Shown: positions 49,166 to 63,918 of the stretch, one piece after another
Layout: each line of letters opens with the position of its first letter
How positions within the stretch are numbered: position 1 is the stretch's first letter
DNA from: Eledone cirrhosa
Taxonomy: Eukaryota
Direction of reading: 5' to 3'
Length of the DNA stretch: 64,000 bases
NCBI GenBank assembly: GCA_964016885.1
Contig: OZ024742.1
Location: 207,452,001-207,516,000 of the forward strand
The notes under the pieces: generated by a model
Databases searched by the model: none
Told to the model about the DNA's origin: nothing
What the model saw: only the letters and a program-made list of their open reading frames with translations
Translations under genes and position numbers: made by a program

Positions 49166-49373
49166 AATATTGGTTTCAGATTTAGGCACAAGACCAACAA
49201 TTTTGGGGAAGCGGAAAGTCGATTAAATCGACCACCAGTGCATTAATGGGCCCTGTGAGGATGAAAGGCAAAGCTAAACTCGGCGGGATTTGAATTGAAA
49301 TCGTAAAGGGTCGTAACTCTATGCGGCAAAGCATGTTGTCCGACGCTCTACCGATACTGCCAATCCACCGCCC
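49166..49373 (-). mobile_element. tRNA-SINE (long subtype) with TSD of about 15 bp
   Basis: caacaataatattgg on both flanks. Confidence 0.87.
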
Positions 49374-50559
49374 TCAACAATAATATTGGAAAGAGTAACT
49401 GCATATTTTTGTAAAAACATCAGCAGTAGTAACAAAATCAACCGCAACAACAGCAGCAATAACAATTACTGTAACACGAAAAGCAGCAGCAGCAACAACA
49501 ACAACAGTAGCAGCAGCAGCTACGACAATAACAACAGTAGCAGCAGCAGCTACAACAACAACAACAGCAGCGGCAACACAACAGCAGCAGTGATTGCAAG
49601 AGCAGCAGGGGCAGCAACAGCAGCAGTAGCCGCAACAACAACAGCAACAGCAATAGCAGCAGTAGTAGTAGGGGTGGTGGCAGTAGTAATACTAGTTGTA
49701 GTGGTGGTGGTGGTGGTGATGGTGGTGGTGGTGGTGGTGGTGGTGGTGGTAGTGGTACTAGTAGTAGTACTAGTAACAGTAACCTGTCGTTTATACAATG
49801 CTAACAAGACCAATATCTGTAGTAGCAGGCGAAACTGTAGACATGCACTCTTACCAATACATACCTCTATATCATAATCAGTATCAATACTGCAAACTAC
49901 CAACATCATACTCTCCACTAGGAACACAGCCACTCATACCATGGCCAACACTACTCCAAATTATCAACACAATTACATTTATTACCACCACTCCTACAAC
50001 GACCATCACTCCTACAACTACAACCACCACCACCACCACCAAGACAATTACACCAGCTCACCACCCTCAGCCCAAATATCATCACTACCATCAAACCCCC
50101 ACCTCCACCACCACCACCACTACCATCATCACAAACCAGTGAAAAGATTTTACACAGCCGCTTGATTGGCGAGAAATAGTAGCGAATTTCGTCCTCAAAT
50201 TATACGGTACTGCCTTTAAAAGAGAGGATAATATTGCACAAAAGGATTGGTTGGTCATGAGTGGAACGCTCGTGAAACTCTTTTAATAGGATCCGGCCTG
50301 TGGCTAGACAGGAACAACAGCAACAACAACAACATCAACAACGTTATTCCAATGCCAAACACCAGCACTACATACCACCAGTAACCGACCAACACCAACA
50401 GCACCGCCACCAACGTTATACATATGTGTTGGGTGTTGCAATATTAATAGCAGCAACATCACCAACAACAGTCAGTACTCCGCTGTGACACTATCTCACC
50501 ATTATTACCAACACAACAACCCCCCACGACAACCCTCACCATCAGGTTCTATATCTACG

Positions 50560-50626
50560 ACTAATACTGCTACTACTACTACTACTGCTACTGCTACTAC
50601 TACTACTGCTACTACTACTGCTACTG

Positions 50627-50691
<65 letters not shown>

Positions 50692-50695
50692 GCTG

Positions 50696-50743
<48 letters not shown>

Positions 50744-50764
50744 TTGCTGCTGCTGCTGCTGCTG

Positions 50765-50831
<67 letters not shown>

Positions 50832-53418
50832 AGCAGACACACACACATACATCGTCACTGTGACTAACACAGACATAACTGCCTAAAAAACAACCATTAT
50901 TCCCACCATCATCAATTTACGTTTAACAGCACCAATACAACAACGATTATAACGACCACCGCCACTACCACTACCACCACCACAACCACTACCACCACCA
51001 CAACCACCAACACCACCACCACCATCAACAACAACAACAACAACACTACTACCACCACCACCATTACAACAGTCACTACCACCACCACTACCACTACCAC
51101 TGCCACAGCCGCTGCTACCACCACTACCACTATCACTACTACCACCACTAGCTCCACTACTACTTCCACCGCTATTACCACCACCACCACTACTACCACC
51201 ACCAATACCACCACCACCACCATTACCACCACCACTATCACCACCACTACCACCACCACCACTACCACCACTACTACCACCACTACTACCACCACCGCTA
51301 CCACTACCACCCCCACTACCACCACCACTACCACCACCACTGACATCGACCCTACCATCACCATTACCGCTACCACCACTACCATCACCACGACCACTAC
51401 CACTACCACCACTACCACCACCACCACCAACACCACCACTACCAACACCACCACCACCAACACCACTACCACCACCCCTACCACCACCACTACCACCACC
51501 ACAACCACCACCACCACTACTACCACCAATACTTCCACTACCACCATCACCACCTATACCACCACCACCAGCACTACCCCCCTTACTACCACTACCACAA
51601 CCAATACCGCCGCCACCACCACTACCCCCATCACTACCACCACCACTACCACCAACACCACCACAACCACCACTACTACCACCACCAATAGCTCCACCAT
51701 CACCATCATTACCACCACCACTACCACAGCCACTACTACCACCAATACCACCACCATACCACCACCACAATCACCACCACTACCACCAACACTTCCACCA
51801 TCACAACCACGGGCAATACCACCATCACAACCACAACCAGCACCACCACCAGCACCACCACCACCACCGCCACTATCACCACCACCACTACCACCACTAC
51901 CACCACCATTACCACCACCACCACCACCACCACAACTACCACCACCACTACTACCACCACTACCACCACCACTGCCATCGACCCTACCATCACCATTACC
52001 GCTACCACCACTACAATCACCACCACTACCACTACCACAACTACCACCACCACTACCACCTCCACCACCACCAACACCACCACTACCAACACCACCCCTA
52101 CCACCACCACTACCACCACCACCACCACTACTACCACCAACACTTCCACTACCACCATCACCACCTATAGCTCCACCACCAGCACTACCCCCCTTACTAC
52201 CACTACCACAACAATACCACCGCCACCACCACTACCCCCATCACTACCACCAACACCACCACTACTACCACCAACACCGCCACCAACAATACCACCACCA
52301 CTACCACCACTACCAACACTACCACCACTACCACCACTACCTCCACTACCACCACCACCACTACCACTACCATTACCATTACAACCACCACTACCCCAGC
52401 CACTACCACCACTACCACCTATACCAACACCACCACCACTACCACCATCACCACCACTATCACCACCACTACCACCACCACTACCACCACTACCACCACC
52501 ACTACCACCAACATTACCACCACCACTACCACCACCACCACCACTACCACAGCCACTACCATTACCACCACCACTACCACCACTACCACCACTACCAACA
52601 CCACCACCAATGCAAACCCCACTACCACCACTAACACCACTATCAAGACCACCACCACTACCACCACTACCACCGCCACTACCACCACTACCAAAACTAC
52701 CACTACCACCACTACCACCACTACCTCCACTACCACCACCACCACCATGACCAAGACCACCACCACAACCACCAAGACAACCACCACCACCACCACTACC
52801 ACCACCACTACCAACACCACCACCACTACCACCGCCACTACCACCACCACTATCAACACCAACACTACTACCACCACCACTACTACCACCACCTCTACCA
52901 ACACCACCACCATTACCACCACGACCACCACTACCACCACCACTACCACCACCACTATCAACACCAACACTACTACCACCACCTCTACCAACACCACCAC
53001 TACTACCACCACCTCTACCAACACCACCACTACCACGACGACCACCACCACCACTACCACAGCCACTACCACTACCACCACCACTACCACCACCACCAAC
53101 ACTACTACCACCATCACCACCACCACCACTACCACCACCACCACCACCACCACCACCACCATCACCACAACCACGACTACCACCACCACGAACACTACTA
53201 CTACCACCACCATCACCACTACCACCACCACCACGACTACCACCACCACGAACACTACTACCACCACCACCACCACTACTACCACCACCACTACCACCAA
53301 TGAATATTAATAAGCACCGCAACTACTACGACCATCACTAGCAGCACCAATAACTACAGCAAATTAACTACTATTACACATGCAACAACAGCATTACCAC
53401 CACCACTACTGCTGCTGT

Positions 53419-53456
<38 letters not shown>

Positions 53457-53469
53457 ATGCTACTACTGA

Positions 53470-53512
<43 letters not shown>

Positions 53513-53606
53513 GATACCACCAATACCACTACTACTACTGTTACTACTGCTTCTACTACTACTACTGCTACCACCACCACCACTACTACTACTGCTACTA
53601 CTACTG

Positions 53607-53645
<39 letters not shown>

Positions 53646-53746
53646 TTACTACTACTACTACTACTATTACTACTACTACGACTACTACTATTACTACTAC
53701 TACTGCTACCACCACCACCACCACTACTGCTACCACCACCACCACC

Positions 53747-53797
<51 letters not shown>

Positions 53798-53858
53798 GAT
53801 GCTGCTGCTGCTGCTACCACCACCTCTACTACTATTAGTAGTGCTACCACCGCCGCCG

Positions 53859-53931
<73 letters not shown>

Positions 53932-53987
53932 CACTACCACCGCTACTACTACCACTATTACTGCTTCTACTACTACTGCTACCACCA

Positions 53988-54022
<35 letters not shown>

Positions 54023-54160
54023 TTACTACTACTGCTGCTGCTGCTTCTGCTACCACCACCACTACTACTACCAGTAGTGCTACCACCGCCACCACCACCA
54101 CTACTACTACAACAACTACTACTACTACTACTACTACTGCTACCACCACAACCACTAGGA
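50560..54160. repeat. 3.6-kb compound (ACT)/(ACC)/(GCT) trinucleotide low-complexity block
   Basis: Direct reading. It yields poly-Thr, poly-Val and Gly/Ser ORFs. Confidence 0.92.
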
Positions 54161-55262
54161 AGAAAATGCACCATGATCACCATCCTTATAACGATCTTAC
54201 AGCTACGACTATCACCATTACTCTCCTGAATACAACACACCTTTATCATAATCATCAGCATCAGCATCACTTCTATACTACCATCATGACAAATATCGTC
54301 ATCACTGCATCACCATGACTACAACAATATTCACCACAACCATCATCATTATCATAATCATTATCAGTAATAACATCACCATAAAAACCACTACGATCAT
54401 CGTCACTGCTAACATTACTACTATCATCGCCAACACCACAACCACGAACCATAGGCGGGAGGTTATGCGGTCGCTTGAGCCGTTCTAAATTGTAGCCAAA
54501 TTTACGTCTGATCACACCATATCATTTTTTTAAAAGGGTGGATGGACAAAGCGCAAATATAAAAGTAGACGAGATGGTCACGTCTGGAACACCTTTGATG
54601 AAATTTCTGTTCGATCAGGTTTAAAGTGAGGCTAAATAAACTGCTAACACTATAAAGAACACTTCCCACCATTTTATATATGTTCGTTCAAATTACTAGA
54701 AATAATAGCGAAAACATCCACAAAATCAGACCTTACTGCCTTGAATAAGAGAATGTCAAGCTGGATAATGTAGTCATAAAACCTGCCCCTAAAATGCAAG
54801 GTTGGTCACGACTGAAATACTTTTAATAATAGATCAGCTCGATCGTGGCTTGTCAAGGGCTAACAAACCACTGCCATCACAATATTCATACCACCAATAC
54901 AGTTGCAAACACAATCCTGACCATCAAACAGCACTAGCACTACAACCAGTATTACAACCATCACCACAATTAGCACTGCCATCGTAGTCAACGTCTAAAT
55001 AATAACATTTGCCACAAGTGTACCGAATGAGGGGACATTATATAGAAATATTACATAAAAATGTGGGAGTTTTATATAGAAATTAGACACACATAACTAC
55101 ATACAGACACGCACACACATGCACATATACATGCATACATACATACACACACACATATTTACATACATACACATAAACACGCACACACACATAATGTATA
55201 TATATATATATACATACATACATTTATATATGCGTGCGCGTGTGTGTGTGTGTGTACATACA

Positions 55263-55366
<104 letters not shown>

Positions 55367-55450
55367 TTGTATGCGTGTGTGTGTGTGTGTGTTATAGGAA
55401 CAGATTAAAGTTTAAGCAAAGAATCGTTGCGTTCACGTATATATATATAT

Positions 55451-55640
55451 ATAATTGTTTCTACGTTAGGCACAAGGCCAGCAAATACCCAGTGCATTAC
55501 TGGTACTTTATTTTATCGACCCCGTAAGGATGAAAGGCAAAGTTAACCTCGGCGGGATTTGAACTCAGAATGGCAAGGGCCGTAACTCTATACGTCAAAG
55601 CATGGCGTCCGACCCTCTACCGATACTGCCAATCCACCGC
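55451..55640 (-). mobile_element. tRNA-SINE within (TA)n
   Basis: Full SINE flanked by atatatataa. Confidence 0.9.
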
Positions 55641-55959
55641 ATATATATAACATACTGTCCTCCTGATACATGAGAACATTCAAATAAGGATGATATTGTT
55701 ATCATTATCACTATCATCATCATGATGATGCGCAGCAAAGCTGTGTGGTGAATCACACGTGAGCTATGCAGTTTGAAGCTGGACTGCTGTCATTGTCAGA
55801 ATCTCTTTCTAGTTTCATCTAACATCTATCTACCTTCTCTTCCATAGCAGTTTCCTCTTAACATAGGGAGGCCACTTCAACACAACCACTTTACACATTT
55901 TCTCTCTATTTATCTCACTCCCTTCTCTCGCTCTTATCCATCTCCCACACTCTCTCTCC

Positions 55960-56040
<81 letters not shown>

Positions 56041-56047
56041 ATCTATC

Positions 56048-56084
<37 letters not shown>

Positions 56085-56086
<2 letters not shown>

Positions 56087-56271
56087 CGAAGGAGTTGTGG
56101 TAAGGAACCAGATGGACCATAACGCACCAGGGTACTCAATACTTAAGGTAGTAGAGTGGGTAATAGGAAAAAGTATGACCCCGACGGCAGAGCTCAAGCC
56201 GCTTCAACGGCTATTTCTGGACCAGAAATAGCCGTCGAAACGGCTTGAGCTCTGCCGTCGGGGTCATATTT

Positions 56272-56336
<65 letters not shown>

Positions 56337-56496
56337 AAAATGTTAAACCCGACTGCAGAGCTCAAGCCGTTTCGATGGCTACATATATATAGAGGAAAAA
56401 GTATGACCCCGACGGCGGAGCTCAAGCCGTTTCGACGGCTATTTCTGGGACTCTGGTGCGTTATGGTCCATCTGGTTCCTTACCACAACTCCTTCG

Positions 56497-56498
<2 letters not shown>
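56085..56498. mobile_element. Foldback element: perfect 46-bp outer inverted repeat enclosing a roughly 109-bp palindrome and two more copies of the palindrome arm
   Basis: 56085-56130 is the exact reverse complement of 56453-56498. Arms are 56167-56220 and 56222-56275. (TA)n flanks. Confidence 0.8.
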
Positions 56499-56530
<32 letters not shown>

Positions 56531-56613
56531 GGCTCCCCTGATGATTTCTCCCGAATGAAACAGTTCTAGACATGTAGAAGCCATCTAAACACATTTTTCT
56601 GTGCTTATTTCTT

Positions 56614-56647
<34 letters not shown>

Positions 56648-57267
56648 GCTCTCTATATATATATATATATATATATCCAACAATGTGTATATTCATCTAT
56701 CATGTTGTGCTTACATAACATACCTCTTCATCTCTCTCTGTTTCCTTTCCTTCCTTCCTTCCTTCCTTCCTTCCTTCCATACTTCTTTCTCTGGTTGTGC
56801 ACATATTTACCTTATTTTTTCTTAAAACGCCAGGTAAACAGCTTATTCACTTGAAATTTAACTATTTTCTATTAGAAGGCGGTGGCCGTATTTATAACAA
56901 AACCATTTGGTAATGCAGAAATAAGTTCCCCCTTATGTGTTGATTGCCCTTTCCTTTCGTTTGTCATCTATATTCTTTGAAAGCTCCTGATCTGTAGTTT
57001 ATATAGTTGAAAACATGCAAATGGACACAAATAGAAATTTATACAAATTGATTGATATATATATATTTCTAGCCATCTATTTTTCTATGTGACTTTGTAC
57101 AATTACTCTTTCTGCTCGATTATAAATCTACACATACCATATCTCTTGAATGATATATATATATATATATATATAACCAAATGTTAAACAAGGTTCATTG
57201 ATTATTCAATGAATATAGTTTTACAATAGATTAAAAGCACTCAACAAGGAAGTTTTCTGGAGTTATT

Positions 57268-57482
57268 AATATTATTCAAAATATTAATAAATGGATACAT
57301 TCACATAATCAAAATATATGTTTTATTATATATATTTCGGATATACTGTGCTGTTTTTTCAGTACGTCCTCATCAGATAACATACATAAATTGATGTACG
57401 ACATACCTCAACTGTGCTGATGGTTCAATTCCAGTCTTGGCAGTGATTTATTACAACAAAACTCAATATTTATATACCACAA
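57268..57482 (-). repeat. Penelope pseudo-LTR-like segment, an inverted copy of 62560-62771
   Basis: The reverse complement aligns by eye: gtggtatataaat.ttgag...aataaatcactgccaa.ac.ggaattgaa...gaggtatgtc...catatattttgattatg...ttaatattttgaataatat. Confidence 0.85.
57323..57380 (-). ncRNA. Minimal type I hammerhead ribozyme
   Basis: uuau CUGAUGA ggacguacug-loop-caguauaucc GAAA uauaua UA auaa: stem I, stem II of about 10 bp, and palindromic stem III. Confidence 0.8.
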
Positions 57483-57989
57483 GTAAAAGTGTGACAAACT
57501 AAATATGATGGAGAGGGATAAGTAGCGAGATATAAGTAATAGGAGTGGGTGAGTAGGAGAAAGTATAGAATAAATAAATAAATAAATAAACACATAGGTA
57601 TATAAATGTTAAATATCTAAATATGTAAATATCCGTGTTAGAGAAAAAGACAAAAGAGAAAGAGAGAGTGCTAAATAGAAGAGAAAGGGGGAAAAGATAC
57701 AAAGATGAAGATAAAAAGAAGGGAGAGGGAGATAGAGAGGATAAAATATATAATGGATAAGGAAAATAGATAAACAAGAAAGAAAGAAGAAAAGAACATG
57801 ATGCGTGACGTTTTTTTTTTCCCCAAATATTAAGTCAGGTAGAAGCGATCAATTAAATACCGTGAAATTTTAATCTATTGTTATATTTGAACAAATTATA
57901 ATATTATATTATAGCAAAATTAAACAATATAAAATATTTTCAATGATAATCAGAAGCTAGTTAAATTAATAAATATATTCAATATTTAG

Positions 57990-58424
57990 TTACAAAATTC
58001 AAAGTCTGAAACATTATTAAGTACCAATGATAGAGGTCCCTGTATAGATAAGAAATGCATAATCTGTAAACTAAGCCCCCATATTAACTGCAAAACTAGA
58101 AACATAGTATATAGCATAAGAGGTACTGAGGGACAATGTAAAGATAAGAATATAATGTACATAGGTGAGACAACTTGTAGCATAGGAGAACAATTAAATG
58201 AATACTGGCGAGAACTCCAAGATAGAAAAGACTCATCAGTCCTCCACCAACATGCTAAAATAGAGTATAAGGGCAAATTAGAGAACATAGAAATAAAAAT
58301 AAAATCTACACACAGGAAAGACGCAATGTTTAGACAAATCACAGAGGCAATAAACATAAATGAACTCCAACCAAAATTAAATAGAAAGCATGAATGGAAT
58401 AGCAACATCACAACTTACAATTAA
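57990..58424 (+). pseudogene. Penelope-like element GIY-YIG endonuclease fragment (second PLE family)
   Basis: CIDKKCIICK...NCKTRNIVYSI...MYIGETTCSIGEQLNEY..HQH..RQITEAININELQPKLN. Confidence 0.82.
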
Positions 58425-58609
58425 GGACAAAATGAAAACACACATACATAGAACAAACAACTAACTAGTAACATGTAAATAAACAAATATAAACACACAC
58501 AGACACCCGGTTGAAACACATGCGCAAACTAAGAACACAACACACACAAAAACAAGATGGCGTAGGACAGAACAACGGAGAGGCACAAAAACAAAGAAAA
58601 GAATCCCCA

Positions 58610-58652
58610 GTCACTGAAGAGGTCACATAGTGTGTGACGAAAGAACTTTGAC
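58610..58652 (+). ncRNA. Minimal hammerhead ribozyme-like motif downstream of the GIY-YIG fragment
   Basis: guca CUGAAGA g gucacau-agu-gugugac GAAA gaac UU ugac. Confidence 0.65.
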
Positions 58653-58843
58653 AATATATGAACAACCATCCGGTTATGGAACCAACCAACCAACCGGAAA
58701 TTTATAAATTTAATTTATAATAAATTGGAGTGAAGCAACTGGTGCGTGTGTTTCTTATTGGCAACATGACCCTCCCAAAGTATAACAATATCGGTTTCAA
58801 CACACGTTTTCAGATAAAGAATCTTGCTACACAAATTCAGAAA

Positions 58844-58955
<112 letters not shown>

Positions 58956-59191
58956 GGAATAATTTTAACTATACAGATCCTTTCTATCATTATCTCAATC
59001 ATCTTTAAATTCCCTTTAATTTTATAAATAGACTTTGTAAAGTTGATAAGCAGATATATTTGTGAGTGCGTGTGCTTCTAACTATCACACTCTTTCTCTC
59101 TCTCTCTCACACACACACATACTCTCTCTCTATATATATATATACATTTATTTGTGTATATATATATGTGTGTGTGTATATATATATGTGC

Positions 59192-59273
<82 letters not shown>

Positions 59274-59469
59274 AGAGGGGGGGAGAAAGAGAGAGAGAGA
59301 GAGTGTGTGTGTAAATAGAATTGCGGATAGATAGATCGATGATAGATAGATAAGTGAATATTTAGAAAGAGCACACCTACCATCAGAAAGTAACATTGTT
59401 ATACGCACATACAAAGAACACACACACATTATATATATATATATTTGGCTAATTATAAATATATTAAGT

Positions 59470-61520
59470 AATATAAAATTAAAAAGAACCCATATAGAGG
59501 CCAAGAATACCTTAGAGGTCTAAAGGAAAAAATTAATGACATACAGAAAGTAAATAAAATATTAGTGAAATCAGACAAAACGAACAACCTATATGGGATT
59601 GAAAGAACAAAACATAACGACTTAATTTTAAAAGAATTGAGAAAAAAATTACAAAAAGGCTCCAAGTGAGGATGCATTGGATATTAATAATGATGCATTT
59701 GAAATTATCACCAATCTTGGAATAGAGCGGAAAACCGAACATTTCATACCAAGGCAACCGCGGATAAATTTTAAAGACCATAAAATAAATTTTGAAGAGG
59801 ACTTACCTGTTAGACTTATTGCACCGTCGAAATCAGATCTCGGAATAATTAGTAAAAACAATAGATAGGATTTTACCAATGCTTAAATTGAGGTCAAGGC
59901 TAAATCTATGGAAGGGCACTAGTGAAGTCATAGATTGGTTCAAAAATATAGAAAATAAGAATAATCATAAGTTCATTCAAATGGACATAGCGAGTTATTA
60001 TTCTTCGATAACACCTAACCCACTAAATAAGGCGCTAACATATGCATATGAACACATGGATTTAAATAGTGTTGAGATAAATATCATTTTAACAGCTAGG
60101 CGAACATTGATAGATTTTAATAATGATCTTTGGACTAGATCGGATAGGCAGAAGAACTTTGACATTACTATGGGCTCGTCTGATTCGGTGCAAGCTACCG
60201 ATCTTGTGGGAATGTTCATCTTTAACATGATAAATAGAAAACAGCCGGAGATTACCGGTAATTTATATAGAGACGACATATTATTTATTGTAGAAAAACA
60301 TAATAATAGCGAATTAAATAGATTAAAGAAAATAATTATAGAATTTTTTTTAAATTAAAAGTCGAAAATAACAATAATATAGTTAATTTGAACTCAGGCC
60401 TTTATTATCCTTTCCATAAACTCAATGAGAACTTAAATTATGTTAGTTTTTATTCTAATCATCCTAAAAGTGTTAAGAATGCAATACTCAACAGTGTGCA
60501 ACAACGAATATCCAGGCTATCTGCTAATAGATCCATATTTAATAGTAAGGCTGTATGTTATAATGAAGCGTTACATAAGGCTGGATATAACAATAATATT
60601 GGGTATGTGAAAGAAAATACTGAAAATAATATTAATTATAATCACAGTATTCATAATAATAATAATAATAATAATAAAATTTACTATAAAAACAACAACT
60701 TGAGGAATAAATCGGGGAAAAAATAAACTAGATCGATATTTTGGTATGCTCCGCCAGCATCTTTAGCTATTAAAACGCCTTTAGCACACTTATTTTTTAA
60801 AGCCTTGGATAAATGCTTCCCTAGGTCACATAAATATTTCTCTAGCTTCAATAGACACACAGTTAAACTATCTTATTCAACAACTATGAATATTGCTCAA
60901 AATATAGCAAAAATAAACAGTAAAAATCTTTATTTGAACCAACATTTAAATAGCGATAATAACAATAATAATAATAATACATTAGTTAATAACAATAATA
61001 ATAGTTTAAACATGAATAATAGTAGAACACCTTTAAATAATAATAATATGAATAGTTTAGGGTATAGAAATAACATCGAGAAGAAATGTAACTGTAGAAA
61101 GAAGTCAGAATGCTCTTACAAAATAACTGCCTTGACAAGAATCTAGTATATAAATGTACCATTAAGACAAATAATAATGGCACTTCGTCTAAATGTAAGG
61201 TTCGTTGGTGCAGTCATACAAATTATTTTTTTAAACCAGATAAAAAATGTTCAACCTCACTCTCACAATTAATATGGTGTTCGAAGGACAATAATATTAA
61301 ATACTCCATCTCTTGGACTCGGTTAAAGAATGCCAATTCTTATCGGAATGCATCCATTTTGCTAAATTGCAATCTTTGCAATCTTGAGACTCTATTGATA
61401 AACACAAATTATGACAATTTTATTTAACAAGAAAAATGAATTATTCAGCAGCTGCCAACATAAATTCGGTAAAACATTCCAGGCATTGTACAAGTTTCGA
61501 AAAAATATTGACAATTAATA
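59470..61520 (+). pseudogene. Penelope-like (probably Naiad-type) RT + GIY-YIG polyprotein pseudogene
   Basis: KSDKTNNLY, FKDHKINF..RLIAPSKSDLG, LWKGTSEVIDWF, MDIASYYSSI, FDITMGSSD, YRDD, SNHP, CNCR..C..CL..NLVYKC, STSLSQLIW, CNLCNLE. Multiple stops and frameshifts. Confidence 0.85.
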
Positions 61521-62559
61521 ATAATTTTAAAAAATATATATATAATTTATTGGGGTAATAATTTATTGATCTTTTATCTATTAGAATAATTTCATTAAGA
61601 GTCTCTGTATCCTACGTTTTGATTAGGACAGTTCAATATTTAACTTGACAATTGTTGATTTATGGTTTAGAAATATCACTAGATTTCAGAGTAGTTAAAT
61701 GTTCACATATGGTGAATGAGTTATCTTCCTTTTGTTTACATTCTTCGTAAATATTTTTATTCTGTTTGAATAGCTTACTAAATTATATTTGACATGAATT
61801 ATATCTTTAAAAGGAAACTACAATAATACTGTATGTAATTACAGAAGTAAATATAAATTAACGAAATAAAACTTTTGAGAGTAAATATAACTGCCTGATA
61901 ATTAATGAATAGAAATGATTTTATAAAGAGAATAGCCTATTTAAATAAAATAATTCGACTAAAAAATGATCTTAATATATTATATATATTGATGGTGATA
62001 TATGCATGTATTTTAATATATATTTTAAATGTACGTTTAATAATTATTTAAATTTGCTTTAAAGATAAAATTTGTTTAAGTTGTAACAAAATACTTAAGG
62101 AATATATTACCTAAACCAAAAATTATAATCTTGAGTTAAATTAAACTATATAAATTTTTAATTAAACCAATTATGTGACGGCTATAAAAAGTAATGTATA
62201 TTGATTAATTTTGATATAATGTATAAGTATAATTAGCTTAACCATAATCAAATACAAGAGATATCCATTGGTTTATGGTAATTGATTGGTTGCCTCAATT
62301 CACCTAATATTTGAAAAAAAAGGTTTTCTTCTATCTATCACCACATATATTTTGTCGTTATTTCTCCTTTGCTCTTCCTCTATTCATCCATCCATTTATT
62401 TATTTAGTTTTATTCATTTAAATATTTATGTATGTATTTATTTTTTACTTCTTTTCTTTATTTTTTTCTTTTTTTCTTGCCTTCCTCCTCTTTACACCCT
62501 CTCTTATATCTCTAATGCGCTCCACGTCCTTTTCTTCTTTATGTTTATCTTATTATTAT

Positions 62560-62764
62560 TTGTGGTATATAAATGTTGAGATTTGATGAAATAAATCACT
62601 GCCAATACAGGAATTGAAATATCGAGACCGTAGAGGTATGTCATATATCAAATCATATATTTTATCTGACGAGAACGTACTGAAAACCAACACTGTACCT
62701 TCGAAATATATATAATAAAGCATATATTTTGATTATGCGAATATCTTCATGTGTTAATATTTTG

Positions 62765-62771
<7 letters not shown>
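62560..62771 (+). repeat. Penelope 3' pseudo-LTR-like segment ending at (TA)n
   Basis: Inverted homolog of 57268-57482, downstream of the RT-GIY-YIG ORF. Confidence 0.82.
62661..62719 (+). ncRNA. Minimal type I hammerhead ribozyme
   Basis: uuuau CUGACGA gaacguac-loop-guaccuuc GAAA uauaua UA auaaa. Confidence 0.8.
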
Positions 62772-62815
<44 letters not shown>

Positions 62816-63524
62816 TAGACGATATATATATATAGCAAAATATTTAAACATTTGTTCCAGGCTTAAATTTTACTTTATCATATTGCTACTAACAACTTCA
62901 TGTTCACCATTTGCCAGATAAAATATAAGATTAATATTATAATTTATATGTTCGAAGCCTACCCACCGTTTCTTGCTACGTGCGGTCACGTAGCTGATAT
63001 TTCTCTGTATCATTTAGCGAGAAAAGCTGCGTAACGGTGAAATAATCATTAGCTTTTATTGAGCAATTTTTCTACCGTTACAATGTAGAAACAAATACAA
63101 TATTTGTTTGCGCTCTAACATAGAGGATACGAAAATGCTTTCGTGACTTTTATATCGAATAATAATAATATTCGATTTTTCTGCAAGCCTCATAACGCCA
63201 TATGTTTTAGATAACTATCGTCATCCTTTTGTTCTAGCGGAAGCAGAGAGAGAAACAAGCGACAATTGTTCAGGGTTGTTGCCGTTTGTCAAGATTGTAT
63301 ATCTCTTATTTTCTTCACACACTAGAACTCATGAGAATATATAGTATTCTCTAAAGTATACATCGGTTGATTAACCTAATTTGCATACCGAGCGATTTTA
63401 CGGCTGGCGTTGCCGAAAATTGTCGATTGCTTCTCTCTGCTACCACTGGAACAAGTGGATGAATATAGTCGTGTAAAAAACATAGCGTTAAGAGACTCTT
63501 TGCTTGCAAACTAATTGTCTATCA

Positions 63525-63918
63525 TGGTGGATTGGCAGTATCGTTAGAGGGTCGGTCGTCATGCTTTGATGCATAGAATTACAGCCTTTTCCATTCTGAG
63601 GTCAAATCCCGCCTAGGTCAACTTTTCCTTTCATCTTTACGGGGTTGATAAAATAAAGTACCAGTAATCTACTGGGTAATTGCTGGCGTTGTGCCGAAAG
63701 AAGAAACAATTATTATTTGATATAGGCGGTGGATTGGCAATATCGGTAGAGGGTCCGACGCCATGCTTTGCAGCAAAGAGTTACGGCCCTTTATGGTCTG
63801 AGTTTAAATCCCGCCAAGGTTAACTTTGCCTTTCATCCTTACGCGGTCGATAACATATAGTACCAGTAATGTACTGAGTACTTGCTGGCCTTGTGACAAA
63901 AGTAGAAACAATTATTAT
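63525..63918 (+). mobile_element. Tandem pair of tRNA-SINEs (63525-63717; 63724-63918)
   Basis: Two full copies. The second is flanked by aattattattt(t)gatata, so it inserted into the ATT tail of the first. Confidence 0.9.

Noticed and set aside
59470-62300. Selenocysteine recoding/SECIS, reported for some Naiad PLEs
   Set aside because: The conserved Cys positions I checked use TGT/TGC, and I saw no convincing SECIS fold downstream. SECISearch would be decisive.
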